From: Octopus bimaculoides | Taxonomy: Eukaryota | NCBI RefSeq assembly: GCF_001194135.2 | Contig: NC_068999.1 | Location: forward strand, 51,056,477 to 51,120,476 | Length of the DNA stretch: 64,000 nt | Direction of reading: 5' to 3' | In this document: one piece after another, positions 13,974 to 26,513 of the stretch | Numbering within the stretch: position 1 is the stretch's first letter | Layout: each line of letters begins with the position of its first letter | Position numbers and translations under genes: made by a program | The notes under the pieces: model-generated | Database searches by the model: none | What the model was told of the DNA's origin: nothing | What the model saw: the letters and a program-made list of their open reading frames with translations, nothing else

Positions 13974-14253
13974 ACTTTCAGAGTTGATATCAGAATGGAG
14001 TTCGGACAGAAAAAAGTGTGGTATGTTAGACTTGAAGAGAGGAAAAATCAGATGTATGAACGTGCTAGCGATACCGTCGGGGGACGTTATGAAGCAGAGA
14101 GAAGAGACAGGTTATAATAGGTACTTGGGGATTTTGGAAATGGATAAATTGATGGGGAAAGAAATGATAGAAAAATTTAAGGTGGAGTACTTTCAGCACT
14201 CGAGTTCGGTAGAATATCTAAAGCGAGACGAAAAGCTAGTTCTAAGAAGATAA
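13974..14253 (+). mobile_element. R4/Dong-like reverse transcriptase fragment (RT C-terminal/thumb region)
   Basis: FRVDIRMEFG / KKCGMLDLKRGKIRC...GDVMKQREETGYNRYLGILEMDKLMGKEMIEKFKVEYF matches the DI.MEFG..KC..L..KRGK...YKYLGILE pattern of R4/Dong RTs; one frameshift. Confidence 0.85.
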
Positions 14254-14259
14254 GATGCA

Positions 14260-14304
14260 GATGATGGTGATAGAGATGATGATGATGATGATGATGGTGA
14301 TAGA

Positions 14305-14345
<41 letters not shown>

Positions 14346-14384
14346 CGATGATGATGATGATGATGATGATGATGACGACGACAG

Positions 14385-14428
<44 letters not shown>

Positions 14429-14530
14429 GTGTTGCTATTATTAGTGTTATTATTGCCGTTATCGCTGTCATCGTCGTCGTCGTCATCATCATCATCTCCA
14501 CCATCATCACCATCATCATCATCATTATCA
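14260..14530. repeat. (GAT)n then (ATC/GTC)n microsatellite with strand flip
   Basis: Seen directly. Confidence 0.9.
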
Positions 14531-17010
14531 ATAGTAACACAAAATGCTTCCTACGCTGGAACTTCAACTTGGTTTCGAACACCCGTCTTCCTTCTTATTA
14601 AAGAAAAAAAAATATTTAGGATAAACTAATACAATATGATAAAAATGATTTACAATAGTACCATAAAAGAAGCGCAATCAACTATTTTACTAAAAGAGAG
14701 CATTTTCATCGCGCCGTATTGTTAGAGAAAATGCCATTCCGTTAGATAATGAAATCTATAAAAAATATATATATAAAGCAGAACTTTGTATTTCGATATA
14801 CGAGGCGATTTCACGGTCGATTTCACAAAAGTACCGCGAAACTTTAAATTAGTTTTAAATATTCATCGAGAAAGAAATATAAAAACACCCAAGTTTTAAC
14901 TTATGGTAATTTACAGTTTAATATATACATACTGCATACACACGTGCATATATACCTACACACTGACATACACACATGTATATAAATAGATACATACGTA
15001 TATGCATAGATGCATACATACGTACAAACACATATGTATATACATACATTCATACATAAATATTCGCACGCGTGTGTGTGCGTGTATGCGTGCAATTATA
15101 TTGCCATGTATATATTTTTATATACATGTACGCTGATGTTTCGCGTCGATTTTACATTTATGTCCGATGAATTGAAAACACGTATCGTCCTTCCAACTTA
15201 AGAAATACTTCTTCGGTGTTTAAGTAATGATCATGGGAAAATTGATGTGTGGGTCATATTAATTATGCAACGAAATAATTGTTTACTGAATCAGCTATGA
15301 ATCAATAGCCGTTTTAAGTACTATTATAAATAATTCATATATTTAAATTACTCTTTGATAATTCTTATTATTAGTGTTACCAATCTTTATGTTCGTTTTC
15401 TTATTATTACTATTATTATTAATAGTAGTATTTAAACTTTTATTTTTACTTTTATTTTAATCTTTATTATGGTCATTATTATTATATAGTACTTCATTTC
15501 TATTATTATACTTTCACTCATAATAATAGTAATAATAATTATTATAATTACATTAATAATTATGAAATTAATAACAATTATTTTAAATATTTTTAGCCGT
15601 AACGTTAGGGTATTCTTAGTGTTACGGTCTTTGAATGTTTTATATTACATTTTTCTTCGTTAAATATTCTTGTGAACAAGACACGTATTGCAATCATGAA
15701 GACGTACATGTATATGTATATATATATATATACATACACATGTAAGTATGTGCATACATATATACATGCATACATAGCCACGTACGTATATACATATATA
15801 CATATACATATATATATATACATATATATACACATATATACATATGTATATATGTATACATATGCATATATATACTCATATATACATATATATGTATATA
15901 TACATATATATATACATATATAAACATATATGTATACATACATATAAACATATGTATACATATATATATGTGTATGTATCTGTATATATATATATGTATG
16001 TGTGCGTGTAGTATATATTTCCATACATGTAAATATGTCTAAAGTGTGTTTGTATGAGTGTATGTATGTACTGTACCTATATGTTTGTGTATATGTGAGA
16101 GAAAGATGTGTTAGGCTTATACATTCGCTTACGTATTTTACCTATTCGGGTGTGTATGGAAATCTACAGACGTATCGATCTGCTTCTCATTAACTGCTTT
16201 ATCGTAGACACCGACAATATATACTCACCAACTTACAAATATACATACACAAATACACAATGAATATCTTGAAATATTTAATCAGAACACTTTTAAACAT
16301 GAGTGACACAGTCGACAATAAGAACATAATAAACTGTCCATAAAGTATGCACATGAGTAATAAGTTGTTTACTGTTGTTTTTAATATCATCTATAATGTC
16401 CTAATTCAAATCACGTCGCTAGTCTTACATAACATCAAAACATTTCTAACGTTCTTGATTTAAAATTTATTGTACATGAATCCCATGGCAGTTGACCGTA
16501 TTGTATATCAAAATATTTCTATTGTATTAGTTTTTAAATAAACATAATAAAATATTTTTTTATGCAACTTCTTTTTTTAAATATATTTCTGTTGTTATTC
16601 CCTGATGTCTTTGTTCTCTGCTATACTTGCTTCTACTAACTCTAAATTTACACAAAGACAACGGCACGGTTTCGGTACAGTACTGAGAAAATGTAGCCAT
16701 TTTTAGTATATACGGGCTTCTCAACGACTTTCGACTATCAATCGTCAGTTATCTCGTGTTACAAACCATTAAACTATGAAATTTCACCTGTTATATATTC
16801 GGTGATATAAGCACTCAGACAATGATAATTAAAATCTTCTTGGGAGTAAATTTATCTCTAGTCACGTCTGTATGCCTATACCATTTCATATCCTTTATTT
16901 AAAATATATAAAACCTCAATATAAATGTACATCAAGGTGAGATCCACAGAACGCTTTGAGCCATATATTTCTATTTTTGTAGGACGTAAGTGTCAATAGT
17001 AATTTCATCT

Positions 17011-17219
17011 GAACGCAGAATTTTTAACATGCCGAGCAAAATACTTGGCAGCATTTCGTCTGTCATTATGCTTTGAGTTTAAATTACGCTCAGGTCGACT
17101 TTGCAGTTCATCCTTTGGAAGTCGATAAAATAAGTACCACTTGAACACTGGGGTTGATGCAATTGACTTACCCACACCCCCGAAGTTGCTGGCCTAGTGC
17201 CAACATTTGAAATCAATAT
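17011..17219 (+). mobile_element. SINE family A with 11-bp target-site duplication
   Basis: Core CAGGTCGACTTTGCAGTTCATCCTTTGGAAGTCGATAAAATAAGTACC; TSD TAATTTCATCT at 17000-17010 and 17220-17230. Confidence 0.9.
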
Positions 17220-17352
17220 TAATTTCATCTACGCAAATGAAAAAAATCCCATTGCTAATGGACATATTTGTGTGTTTCAAAAATACAATTAAAGAAAATT
17301 AGCGTGAGTATAAATATGCTTCCATATTTGTAAGTTTTTGTTTTTTTATAAC

Positions 17353-17590
17353 TATTGCATTTCATATGATCTTAGATAATTAGCATCATTATTGAGGAGA
17401 TATCAATATCGTGTACATATTTAGTGCATACCTATTTTCCCATCAATTTATATATGATTGTGCGTGCGTACGTATGTGTGTGTGTCTTTATTGCGTTTCA
17501 TATTATCTTAGGTAATTAGTATCATTATTGGGAAGATATCTATATCGTCCACATATTTAGCTCTTACGTATTCCCCATTAAATTATGCGT
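17353..17590. repeat. Diverged tandem duplication, period about 136 bp
   Basis: TATTGCATTTCATATGATCTTAGATAATTAGCATCATTATTGAGGAGATATC (17353) versus TATTGCGTTTCATATTATCTTAGGTAATTAGTATCATTATTGGGAAGATATC (17489). Confidence 0.85.
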
Positions 17591-17678
17591 GTCTGTGAGT
17601 GTGTATGTGAGTGTGTGTGTATCTGCCCGTACGTGAGTGTGTCTTTAAATATATATACATACATACATACACACATAC

Positions 17679-17710
<32 letters not shown>

Positions 17711-18269
17711 ATGTGTGGATAACTAAGCAGCTAGATAGATAGATAGATATATAGATAGATAGATAGATAGATAGATAGAAAGCGTCAACAATGAACTAAG
17801 AAAAACAAGTGTGATTGGTGGTACCTCTTTGTACATCAAAGGCACTAATGAATATATTAACGATGAATTCTTGATTTATAGAAATTATTTCAAGTCCCAG
17901 CAAAATTGTTTCCATCACTTAATGGAATTTCAACCAATTTCGAATTATAAAACGCGCGATACTGGCAAGAATATATCTCCGCTCAAAACTGGCACCGCCA
18001 TTTTGGTAAAAACAAGAGCATATGATTTTTACTTATTACTGCATAGCACATATTGTTTTACGTAACGTGTCTAAATTGTGTCCGTTGAACTCTTTGTATG
18101 GAGCTTAACAGAGGTAAATTTACAATATACAAACCTCAAAGGTCACACATGTCCACGCACTGAAATGGTCCAGTAAATCCTCACCTGACAAAAATATAAA
18201 TAAATTATAACAGATGCATCTTATATCAAAATACCACCATCGCGACTCTGTTTCTAATATGTAAAGGTC

Positions 18270-18470
18270 AACGCGCCGGAGAAAATGCTGAGCCACGTAA
18301 GACCGTCTCTACGTTCTGATTCCAAATTCCGCTGTAGTCGATTTTGCCTTTCAATCTTTCGGGTTCGGTAACAATAGGCACCAATTGAGCACTGGAGTTG
18401 GAGTAGATGTAAACGACTTACCACTTCGCCTAAAATTGCTGGCCTTGTGCCCAAATTAGAAACGAGTATA
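18270..18470 (+). mobile_element. SINE family A, decayed
   Basis: CTACGTTCTGATTCCAAATTCCGCTGTAGTCGATTTTGCCTTTCAATCTTTCGGG...TTGCTGGCCTTGTGCCCAAATTAGAAAC. Confidence 0.8.
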
Positions 18471-19445
18471 TTAGGATTGATAATCTCACACTGATTTTCT
18501 ACTGTTGTATTAAACGTAATAATGGCACTACATATTTATGTTCAAGTATATGTTGTACAATGAAATATTCTGACGCGTTCAAATGAGTAAGAGAACACAT
18601 TTATATGCATATAACGGAAGACACACCTTATGATATCTTCTGTCATATTCTCGCATTATAGTGTTCATACATACTCACATTTCCTTGGGTGTAGCGCCTC
18701 ATATATTTTTTCCCAATGAACATACGAAGAGAAGTGAATTATTTTAGTCCATTAATATTTATATATATATCACATAAGATGTTTTTGTGTGTGTTTTCCT
18801 AATGCCCTAGCAGAAGTTGTATCTCAAATGTTTACAAAGCAGCAACGTATAAAAATCATGTTCAATAAAAAATATATATACCTAATGAATGTCTAATTAA
18901 ACACTAATTAAGTCATAGAACTCAGAGAATCTAGCATATAATCAATAATTTGTACTCGCATCACATATATGTGTGTGTGTGTGTGTGTGTGCTGATGTAT
19001 GCGTACGTACACACACATATACATACATATATATATATATGTCAGTATATATATATATATATATATATNNNNNNNNNNNNNNNNNNNNNNNNNNNNNNNN
19101 NNNNNNNNNNNNNNNNNNNNNNNNNNNNNNNNNNNNNNNNNNNNNNNNNNNNNNNNNNNNNNNNNNNNNNNNNNNNNNNNNNNNNNNNNNNNNNNNNNNN
19201 NNNNNNNNNNNNNNNNNNNNNNNNNNNNNNNNNNNNNNNNNNNNNNNNNNNNNNNNNNNNNNNNNNNNNNNNNNNNNNNNNNNNNNNNNNNNNNNNNNNN
19301 NNNNNNNNNNNNNNNNNNNNNNNNNNNNNNNNNNNNNNNNNNNNNNNNNNNNNNNNNNNNNNNNNNNNNNNNNNNNNNNNNNNNNNNNNNNNNNNNNNNN
19401 NNNNNNNNNNNNNNNNNNNNNNNNNNNNNNNNNNNNNNNNNNNNN

Positions 19446-19476
<31 letters not shown>

Positions 19477-20159
19477 CATATATATACTTATATCTATGTA
19501 CATCTTACAAATAAAGATGTACTCATGCACAAATAGATATGAGTGTTTGTATATGTGTGCGCGTTCGTATGATTCCACACGTATTGTGCGTTTTGCTTTT
19601 TTTTTAGTGCATATTTCCTGGGTTTATTTTTTCCGAATATTTATCTTTTTATGTTTTTTCATACGACTAAGAAAGAATCTTACACCAGCTATGATGTTTT
19701 GAAGAGCAAAATACCACAGGCATAACTTTAAGAAAACATCCGCAGTTGTTCACTTAAACAGCTTTATTATCTGTCACAAATAATTATTATTAAATATTTA
19801 CAAGATTCTTATAGCATGTTTTCTATGGAAAATGTTTTTCCTCCGATTATAACTGTTGATATAATTGCAATATATCATGGAAATTACCTTGTATACAATT
19901 CTATATCATTGTCTAATGGTTATGCAATTGTATAGATTTCTGCTTTGAAGCTGATACAGAAAGCACTATGTTTGTGGAACAATAGCAGCATTCATTTGGT
20001 GATAATCTTTTATTTATTTTATTAGTTATGTATCCATCTTCGTGGAACTATTGAGATAGTCTTGCATAAATATTCCTATTTATTAACGAATAATATATGT
20101 TCATACATTTATTTCTTCATACACATATACACCCGGATACACACTCTCTCGTACATATA

Positions 20160-20202
<43 letters not shown>

Positions 20203-20485
20203 CTGTGTGTGTGTGTGTGCATACGTACATGCATGTTTTTGTAAGATCCTGAACATATAAGCGCGTATCGATTTATACCAAATTTGAATGTATTCCTGAA
20301 TTATTTCTAAGAATATGATTATTATTATTGTTGTTGTTGTCATTGTTTTGGAGATGCCACAAATTTATACGTCGTGGAACATCTTATATTTTTCCTGTAG
20401 CATACGTAAGATTTCTTGCATTATTCTTATCAAGGAAGTCAAGGAGTACATAATAATTGTTATAAATACATATAATACATACACC

Positions 20486-20522
<37 letters not shown>

Positions 20523-21008
20523 NNNNNNNNNNNNNNNNNNNNNNNNNNNNNNNNNNNNNNNNNNNNNNNNNNNNNNNNNNNNNNNNNNNNNNNNNNNNNN
20601 NNNNNNNNATATATATAAAATTTATTACTGCAGTTTCTTTCCTTAAACTTTATACGTTTGCATTAATAGTTATGGGTAGAAAACAAGCAACACGAAAATT
20701 TCCTATGGTGTTTGTAACATCTGAAAGGAAATCAATCATTACACTATTTACAGTAACACACATACACAAAACAACTTATTATCAACTATCATGGGCATAG
20801 TATATTGGAGATCCATGCTAGTATTGCAGATATGTGTTATTATAACTGCATCAACAGCAGCGACAATGCCATCTGTAGTAATATCGGCGAATACAACCAT
20901 GATAATGAGAACGATGGTTGTGAAGAAAATACTCGACGGATTCAAGTGTGAACTCATTGGTTTAGAGTTCTGTTTAAAAATATTGCTTGTAAACTATTAC
21001 AGGAAAAG

Positions 21009-21414
21009 CTAGAAAAGCACTCAGAGAGCGCAGACCTCCGCCAAGCAGCTCATTTTAAGATAGCTACGCGAATATGATTACGAATACAGAAACGAAAATA
21101 AACTTTGGAAACAGCAACTTTACTATAAGTTACGTAGAAACGATAAATGTTTTTTTCAAGGGACATAATCAAAGAACGTAACATTGTAATACTTCATGTA
21201 AAGTAAATATAACAAATGAAGAATCCTTCCAGAATCTATAACAATTCCTGGATCACTACCAAAATTTCATCATCCGTTCGCCGTATCATTACTAACGTTT
21301 CCTGTAAGTTTCATCAAATACTGTTTACAACTTTTTCAGTTATTTTGCGCACAGACGGACAGACGGACAAACCAACGCCGATGAAAACATAACCTCCTTC
21401 CTTGGCGGAGGTAA
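21009..21414 (+). mobile_element. Non-autonomous Helentron-associated element (HINE / DINE-1-like)
   Basis: 5' subterminal IR ACCTCCGCCAAG (21034-21045) and its complement CTTGGCGGAGGT (21401-21412); 3' hairpin ACCTCC...GGAGGT (21392-21412); (GACG/GACA)n tract near the 3' end; A-rich flanks without an evident TSD. Confidence 0.85.
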
Positions 21415-23439
21415 AAAAGGAAAATCGTTATGATGTGTATCTGTCAAAGCCGAATTGCATTAATGGGCTGCTCGATGAGATTCAAAGTTGCTATTAAAGC
21501 AATACATCCCACGTAAAGAGTGTAATGTGGGAGATATATGTTGAACTAGTGGATGCAATCTCTCGACTTAATGAGGGATGAAAGCAAATGCTACTGTAAT
21601 GCGCATGTATGGAACGTTGCTTTTAGGTGTCATTGCGGAGGTAAATGACTTGCAAAGTCAGAGAAATAACAATACTCACAAACGTTCAGCATCAATATAG
21701 CTTGGCATTTATACCATACTGGCTTAAAAGCCACGTGCAATTTTTTTAACCTTCTAACGATTCTGGTTTCAGGGCATCTTAGAACAGCAAAATTAATATA
21801 AAAGTTTGTACTTCATTATATTGTTATGTCTGTTAACATACACGCAAGGAAGTACTAATTCTCAAAAGAACTGACATTTTTCGTACAACAGCCACTAGCG
21901 ATTGTCAAATTGGTAGGGTGATTGATCCATAATACCGTACAGGAATATCTCAGTCCAAGAGGTATTAACGTTTGACAACAGAGGAAAAAGGAACAATGAA
22001 AGGTAACCTTTTGTTCTCGTATGTATATAAATTAAATAGTTTTTGATTACATTCTGACGCTGATTGATGAAATGTGATAAGATAATTAATACAAATAAAT
22101 GATTCGGTACTCGTTTAGAAAAGAAATGACGCTAAGTTGCTGAGTAAGATCACAGAATAGCTAATAATTTTGCTGCCAGTAATTACTGGCTTAAAATGAT
22201 TTATAAAATCCATTAGCAAATTTAGTTTTTCTTTATAAGACAAGCGTTCACGCGCTTAGCTGAATCCAGCATTTCCCCATTGTCTTATAGTTTTTTCTAA
22301 GACAAATATGTATGAAACCAAGTTTGGAGAGAGATGCTGTTTCACCTCAGTTACAATTGGCGGCATGCATCCCAGCAAACTGCCAATGGAAGGCTGGATT
22401 ACAGATAATTGTTCAATTATTTATGGTGTTTCCAGATTTCTGTTTGTGCGTTGCGAGGTTTTTGGTATTTGTGTATTATATTGGAAAACATCAGTCACAG
22501 CTTCTAATGTATCTGTTTCCTGCAGAGGTTTCGGTTTCAGATTTCATTCACTGTTTTTGCTTTACGGTTGTTTTTTTTTTTCTTTTTCTGTACATGTTAG
22601 CTGTAAAGTTAATTGAAACTATTCCGCCATATCATTGGTGATATATTAGAATTTGAATAAAAATTGAAATGTTAGAGTTTGGATTCAGACGGTGGAACAA
22701 ACGATGTGTCGGGCGAGTAAACATAACTAATTTAATCTATTCAATTAACTATCAACTTGAGATTCAGAAACTTGATTACAACAGGAAAGTTTGTTGTTTA
22801 GTCTACTTGATATCGCTAAACTTGGATCAGGATCCTACTAACAAAATAAACTACCTAAAATCCTAAATTTTGCCAAACATTAAATAATCAAATTAGATAC
22901 GCTATCGCTGGTTTTAATGAAAACAATTACCGTTCGAAAATAGACTTTAGTTTTTTAATGACGTGGTTTCCATTCCATAACATATATGCGTTAAATATCT
23001 TGAGAATTGCTTTCAATGAGTTAATTTCCCTTCCTGGATCTGTTTGGTGCTCAAATACGAAATGAATATAGTGTTTATGAATCAAGTTCATTTGAATACT
23101 TTATTTGCAATGCCTGAAATATTGAATATATTGACAGTGGTGAAATAAAACACACGATTCGTAATTCCTGTGAATATCTTGTTATTATTTCCTATCAGCT
23201 GGTGAGCTGTGTTATAGACAACCTATGGTAAAATTTTCACCGAATGATGCATGTCTTATTTTGGATACACCATACCAATTTCTTGCTCAGAGCAATATTG
23301 CGCATTCCGAAATGCAGAGATGAATAGATTGTAGCTCATGGAATATGTTAGCTTTGATAAATAGTATTCTTAGCACCATGATGTATTCCTATAGATGTTG
23401 GTGGTGGCCATAGCAAATCTCCATTAAAGAGGTTGTGGA

Positions 23440-23760
23440 TTAGCAATTGTTACGTTGCACTAGCCAATGGTGATGTCCTTCTCAAAATTGTGCTAATGAG
23501 GCTCTAGAGAATGCAGATTTCTCTATGTGTATATAATATTTTGATGCATATCAGATGCAGATATGGTTTGATGCGAATTGCACTGTTCTATGTTCTCTGT
23601 AATTTATTGTAGTTTGTTGTGGAGAATTCAGCAGTTCAGGAGGCATTGTTGTATTCATTTGTGCTTTAATCTATCGCTTGTAAGCTAATGTTCTCGTTTA
23701 TTTCTATTGCATGTATGCAGTTTCTATTAATGCTGTTAGTATGTTCCTGTGTATCTTTTT
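23440..23760 (-). mobile_element. Decayed LINE ORF2 C-terminal region (I/Nimb/Jockey-like)
   Basis: Minus strand TTNYNKLQRT*NSAIRI...HREICIL resembles the post-RT motif N..KLQ..QN.ALR..TG...HLH.E..ILP of I-group LINEs; several stops. Confidence 0.55.
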
Positions 23761-24119
23761 AATTTGTCTATTTTGTATGTGGAGTATATATGCTGTAGAT
23801 GTGATGCTTCAAACATAAACGACTTCAGGTATTCATCTACAACCGCAAACACCAACAGCGGAGTTTTGGTGAAAATCATATGAAGCTGATTCCTTATATT
23901 TCGCTCTACAACTAAATACAAGTGAAAAAGATTTAGGAGATAAGTTGTTTTTTTAAGCTGTTCGCCCGACAGTTTACGAAATGTGTATCTGTCACAAGAA
24001 ACATACAGATTGTCGTTTTCAAATCACAGTATGGATCAACTTCACTAAAAACTATAACGTAATATCACACAAAAACGAAAATCACACACATTCATACTAA
24101 TTGCCATCGACATCAGTAT

Positions 24120-24257
24120 GACCTCAATACGCAACTGTTATTTAATTTATCGACCCTGAAATACAAAGTCGATCGATCTCGGCGGAATTTGAGCTCAGAA
24201 CACGAAGACAGACGAAATACCGCCCGGCGTGCTAACGTCTCTGTCACCTCATTGCCT
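24120..24257 (-). mobile_element. SINE family A
   Basis: AATTTATCGACCCTGAAA...CTCGGCGGAATTTGAGCTCAGAAC...CCCGGCGTGCTAACG is the reverse complement of family A. Confidence 0.88.
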
Positions 24258-24777
24258 TGCACAGGACGATTTATTAATAGAGTGAATTAACACCTGTAAA
24301 ACAGATGAATCCATTGAGATGTTTAATGGTAGAACCATTTGCAGCGCTTGACAACCACAAGAACAAATATGGTATTTACATATGTATCTCTAAATCCTGC
24401 GTTCAAATCATTGAAATGCATTTTGCCTTTCTTGAGAAATGAATTAAAAAGAAAAACCATTGTTGCGTATCTCCAAAATGTACACAATCAAACATTTTCT
24501 AGAAATGTATTTCATTGTGCCAAAGTTAGAAATCAATATAATTCACTATATTCAAATTATGCCATTATTAGTATTATTATCATAAACTTAATTTTTTTCA
24601 TTGTTTAATATACAGATATAATATTTAGGTCAGCGAACAAGAGAAAGTATTATTTCGTATTAAGTTAACAACCGCATATACTTATTTTCAAGTACAGACA
24701 CGGTAAAATATTACACACAGACACACACACTCACACACACACATATATATATATCTATGTATTTGCGTGTGTGTATA

Positions 24778-24841
<64 letters not shown>

Positions 24842-25262
24842 CACACAGATGCATTACACCCTACCAACGCATATATCAGCTGAATGTAACTCTGCAAATG
24901 TAGATATGTATAACTAAGAAATACTGTATGGATTAGTGTATTACTTATACGTTATGTCTATGTAAATATAGTTTTCTTTAACAAAGCTAAAATATATTTC
25001 CGCTAACTCCTTCGTAAAGCATGACGTTATATTTAATCTTCTTATTTCTCTATCGATTGATTGTTATATATTTATGTGCGATTTGCGTTTTTTATTTGTT
25101 TCATACATATCGGCCGATCTAATTATATACATGGATGTATATGTGTATGCGTGTGTGAGTCTTTGTGTGTATGTGTGTGTATGTCTGCATCTATACATTT
25201 GTCTATCTTTGTATATCTTGCACATTGACTGACACACAGTAAAATATTACTACTACTACTAC

Positions 25263-25415
25263 TATAATTATTATTATTATTTTATTTTTGAGTGAGAGAG
25301 CAATACATGACATCAAAGTGACACTGGGGTACAAGTATACGAAGCCCAATATACCCATCCTGATTACCCGTCACAGAAGGGCACACCAGGCAATATATCA
25401 CAACTATATGAGATC
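25263..25415 (-). mobile_element. 3' end of non-coding repeat family E with (AAT)n tail
   Basis: Minus strand CATATAGTTGTGATATATTGCCTGGTGTG overlaps the end of the copy at 40350-40375, continues to CTCTCTCACTC and ends in (AAT)n. Confidence 0.75.
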
Positions 25416-25449
25416 TACCTGTTGATCTGATATCAATATCAACAGTTTA

Positions 25450-25710
25450 CCGGGCAAGGTTGTTTATAGAAGACCAGCAGTCACCCATGCATACCACCCT
25501 CCCCTCTCCACGCCACCGGTGTTATCAAAGGGAAAGGCAAAGGGGCCGATACAGCTTGGCACCAGTGACGTCGCAACTTATTTCTACAGCTGAGTGAACT
25601 GGAGCAATGCGTCTTGCTCAAGAACACAACAGAGCAGCCCGGTCTGGGATTCGAACTCACAACCTCGCGATCGTAAGCTCGATGCTCTAACCACTGAGCC
25701 ATGCGCCTTC
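25450..25710 (-). mobile_element. tRNA-derived SINE family C (OK-type octopus SINE, by recall), 3' truncated
   Basis: Minus-strand head GAAGGCGCATGGCTCAGTGGTTAGAGCATCGAGCTTACGATCGCGAGGTTGTGAGTTCGAATCCC with intact A- and B-boxes, then CAGTTCACTCAGCTGTAGAAAT. Confidence 0.9.
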
Positions 25711-26128
25711 AGGATGAAACTAGCAATTTCCAGTATGCATTGCCTCGGTTTCTACTCGAAATTTCACCTTTGGAATTGCTAGGATTTAATTAACTTCTCT
25801 ATCATTTAAATAACAAATGCATATATTTTTAACCATGTACAATCCTCGGTCACTTGGACACGTGGAAACGACTAATATCTTCGATTGAGAATATTTCATA
25901 TTTCTATATTTTCTTATTTCTCTCTCTTAGATGATCGAGTACTCACCTTAAGTGGAATTCTTTACTCAACACGTAGGAACCACCTGCTTAGACGTTAGAA
26001 AAGAAGCTGTAAGTGACTTCACGTATTTATCGTAATTACACTGCACAATGATTCTACTATAAATTATATGTTCTAGAATGATGCCAAATGCTTTTCTTCT
26101 TCATTATCAGTGTTAATGTGTATCTACC

Positions 26129-26513
26129 TGGTTGGTATTTCGTCGCTCACGACGTCGAGGGTTCCAGTTGATCCGATCAACGGAACAGCCTTCTCGTGGA
26201 ATTAACGTGCAAGTGGCTGAGCACTCCACAGACACGTGTACCCTTAACGTAGTTCTCGGGGATATTCAGCGTGGCACAGTGTGATAAGTCTGGCCCTTTA
26301 AATTACAGGCACAACAGAAACAGGAAGTAAGAGTGGGAGAAAGTTGTGGTGACAGAGTACAGCAGGCTTCACCACCATCCCCTGCCGGAGCCTCGTGGAG
26401 CTTTTAGGTGTTTTCGCTCAATAAACACTCACAACGCCCGGTCTGGGAATCGAAACCGCGATCCTACGACCGCGAGTCCGCTGCCCTAACCACTGGGCCA
26501 TTGCGCATCCACC
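26129..26513 (-). mobile_element. tRNA-derived SINE family D (OR-type, by recall), full length with TSD
   Basis: Minus-strand head GTGGATGCGCAATGGCCCAGTGGTTAGGGCAGCGGACTCGCGGTCGTAGGATCGCGGTTTCGATTCCC; TSD GTGTATCTACC at 26118-26128 and 26514-26524; collinear with 43073-43444. Confidence 0.93.

Noticed and set aside
20830-20950. Cys-containing peptide DMCYYNCINSSDNAICSNIGEY
   Set aside because: Looks like decayed trinucleotide repeats; no recognisable domain spacing.
22300-22560. Overlapping ~100-aa ORFs, possible transposase relic
   Set aside because: No convincing motif in any frame.
25640-25710. tRNA-like sequences (also 26440-26512, 34590-34664, 47874-47945)
   Set aside because: They are SINE heads continuous with SINE bodies and lack a proper acceptor stem, so they are not tRNA genes.
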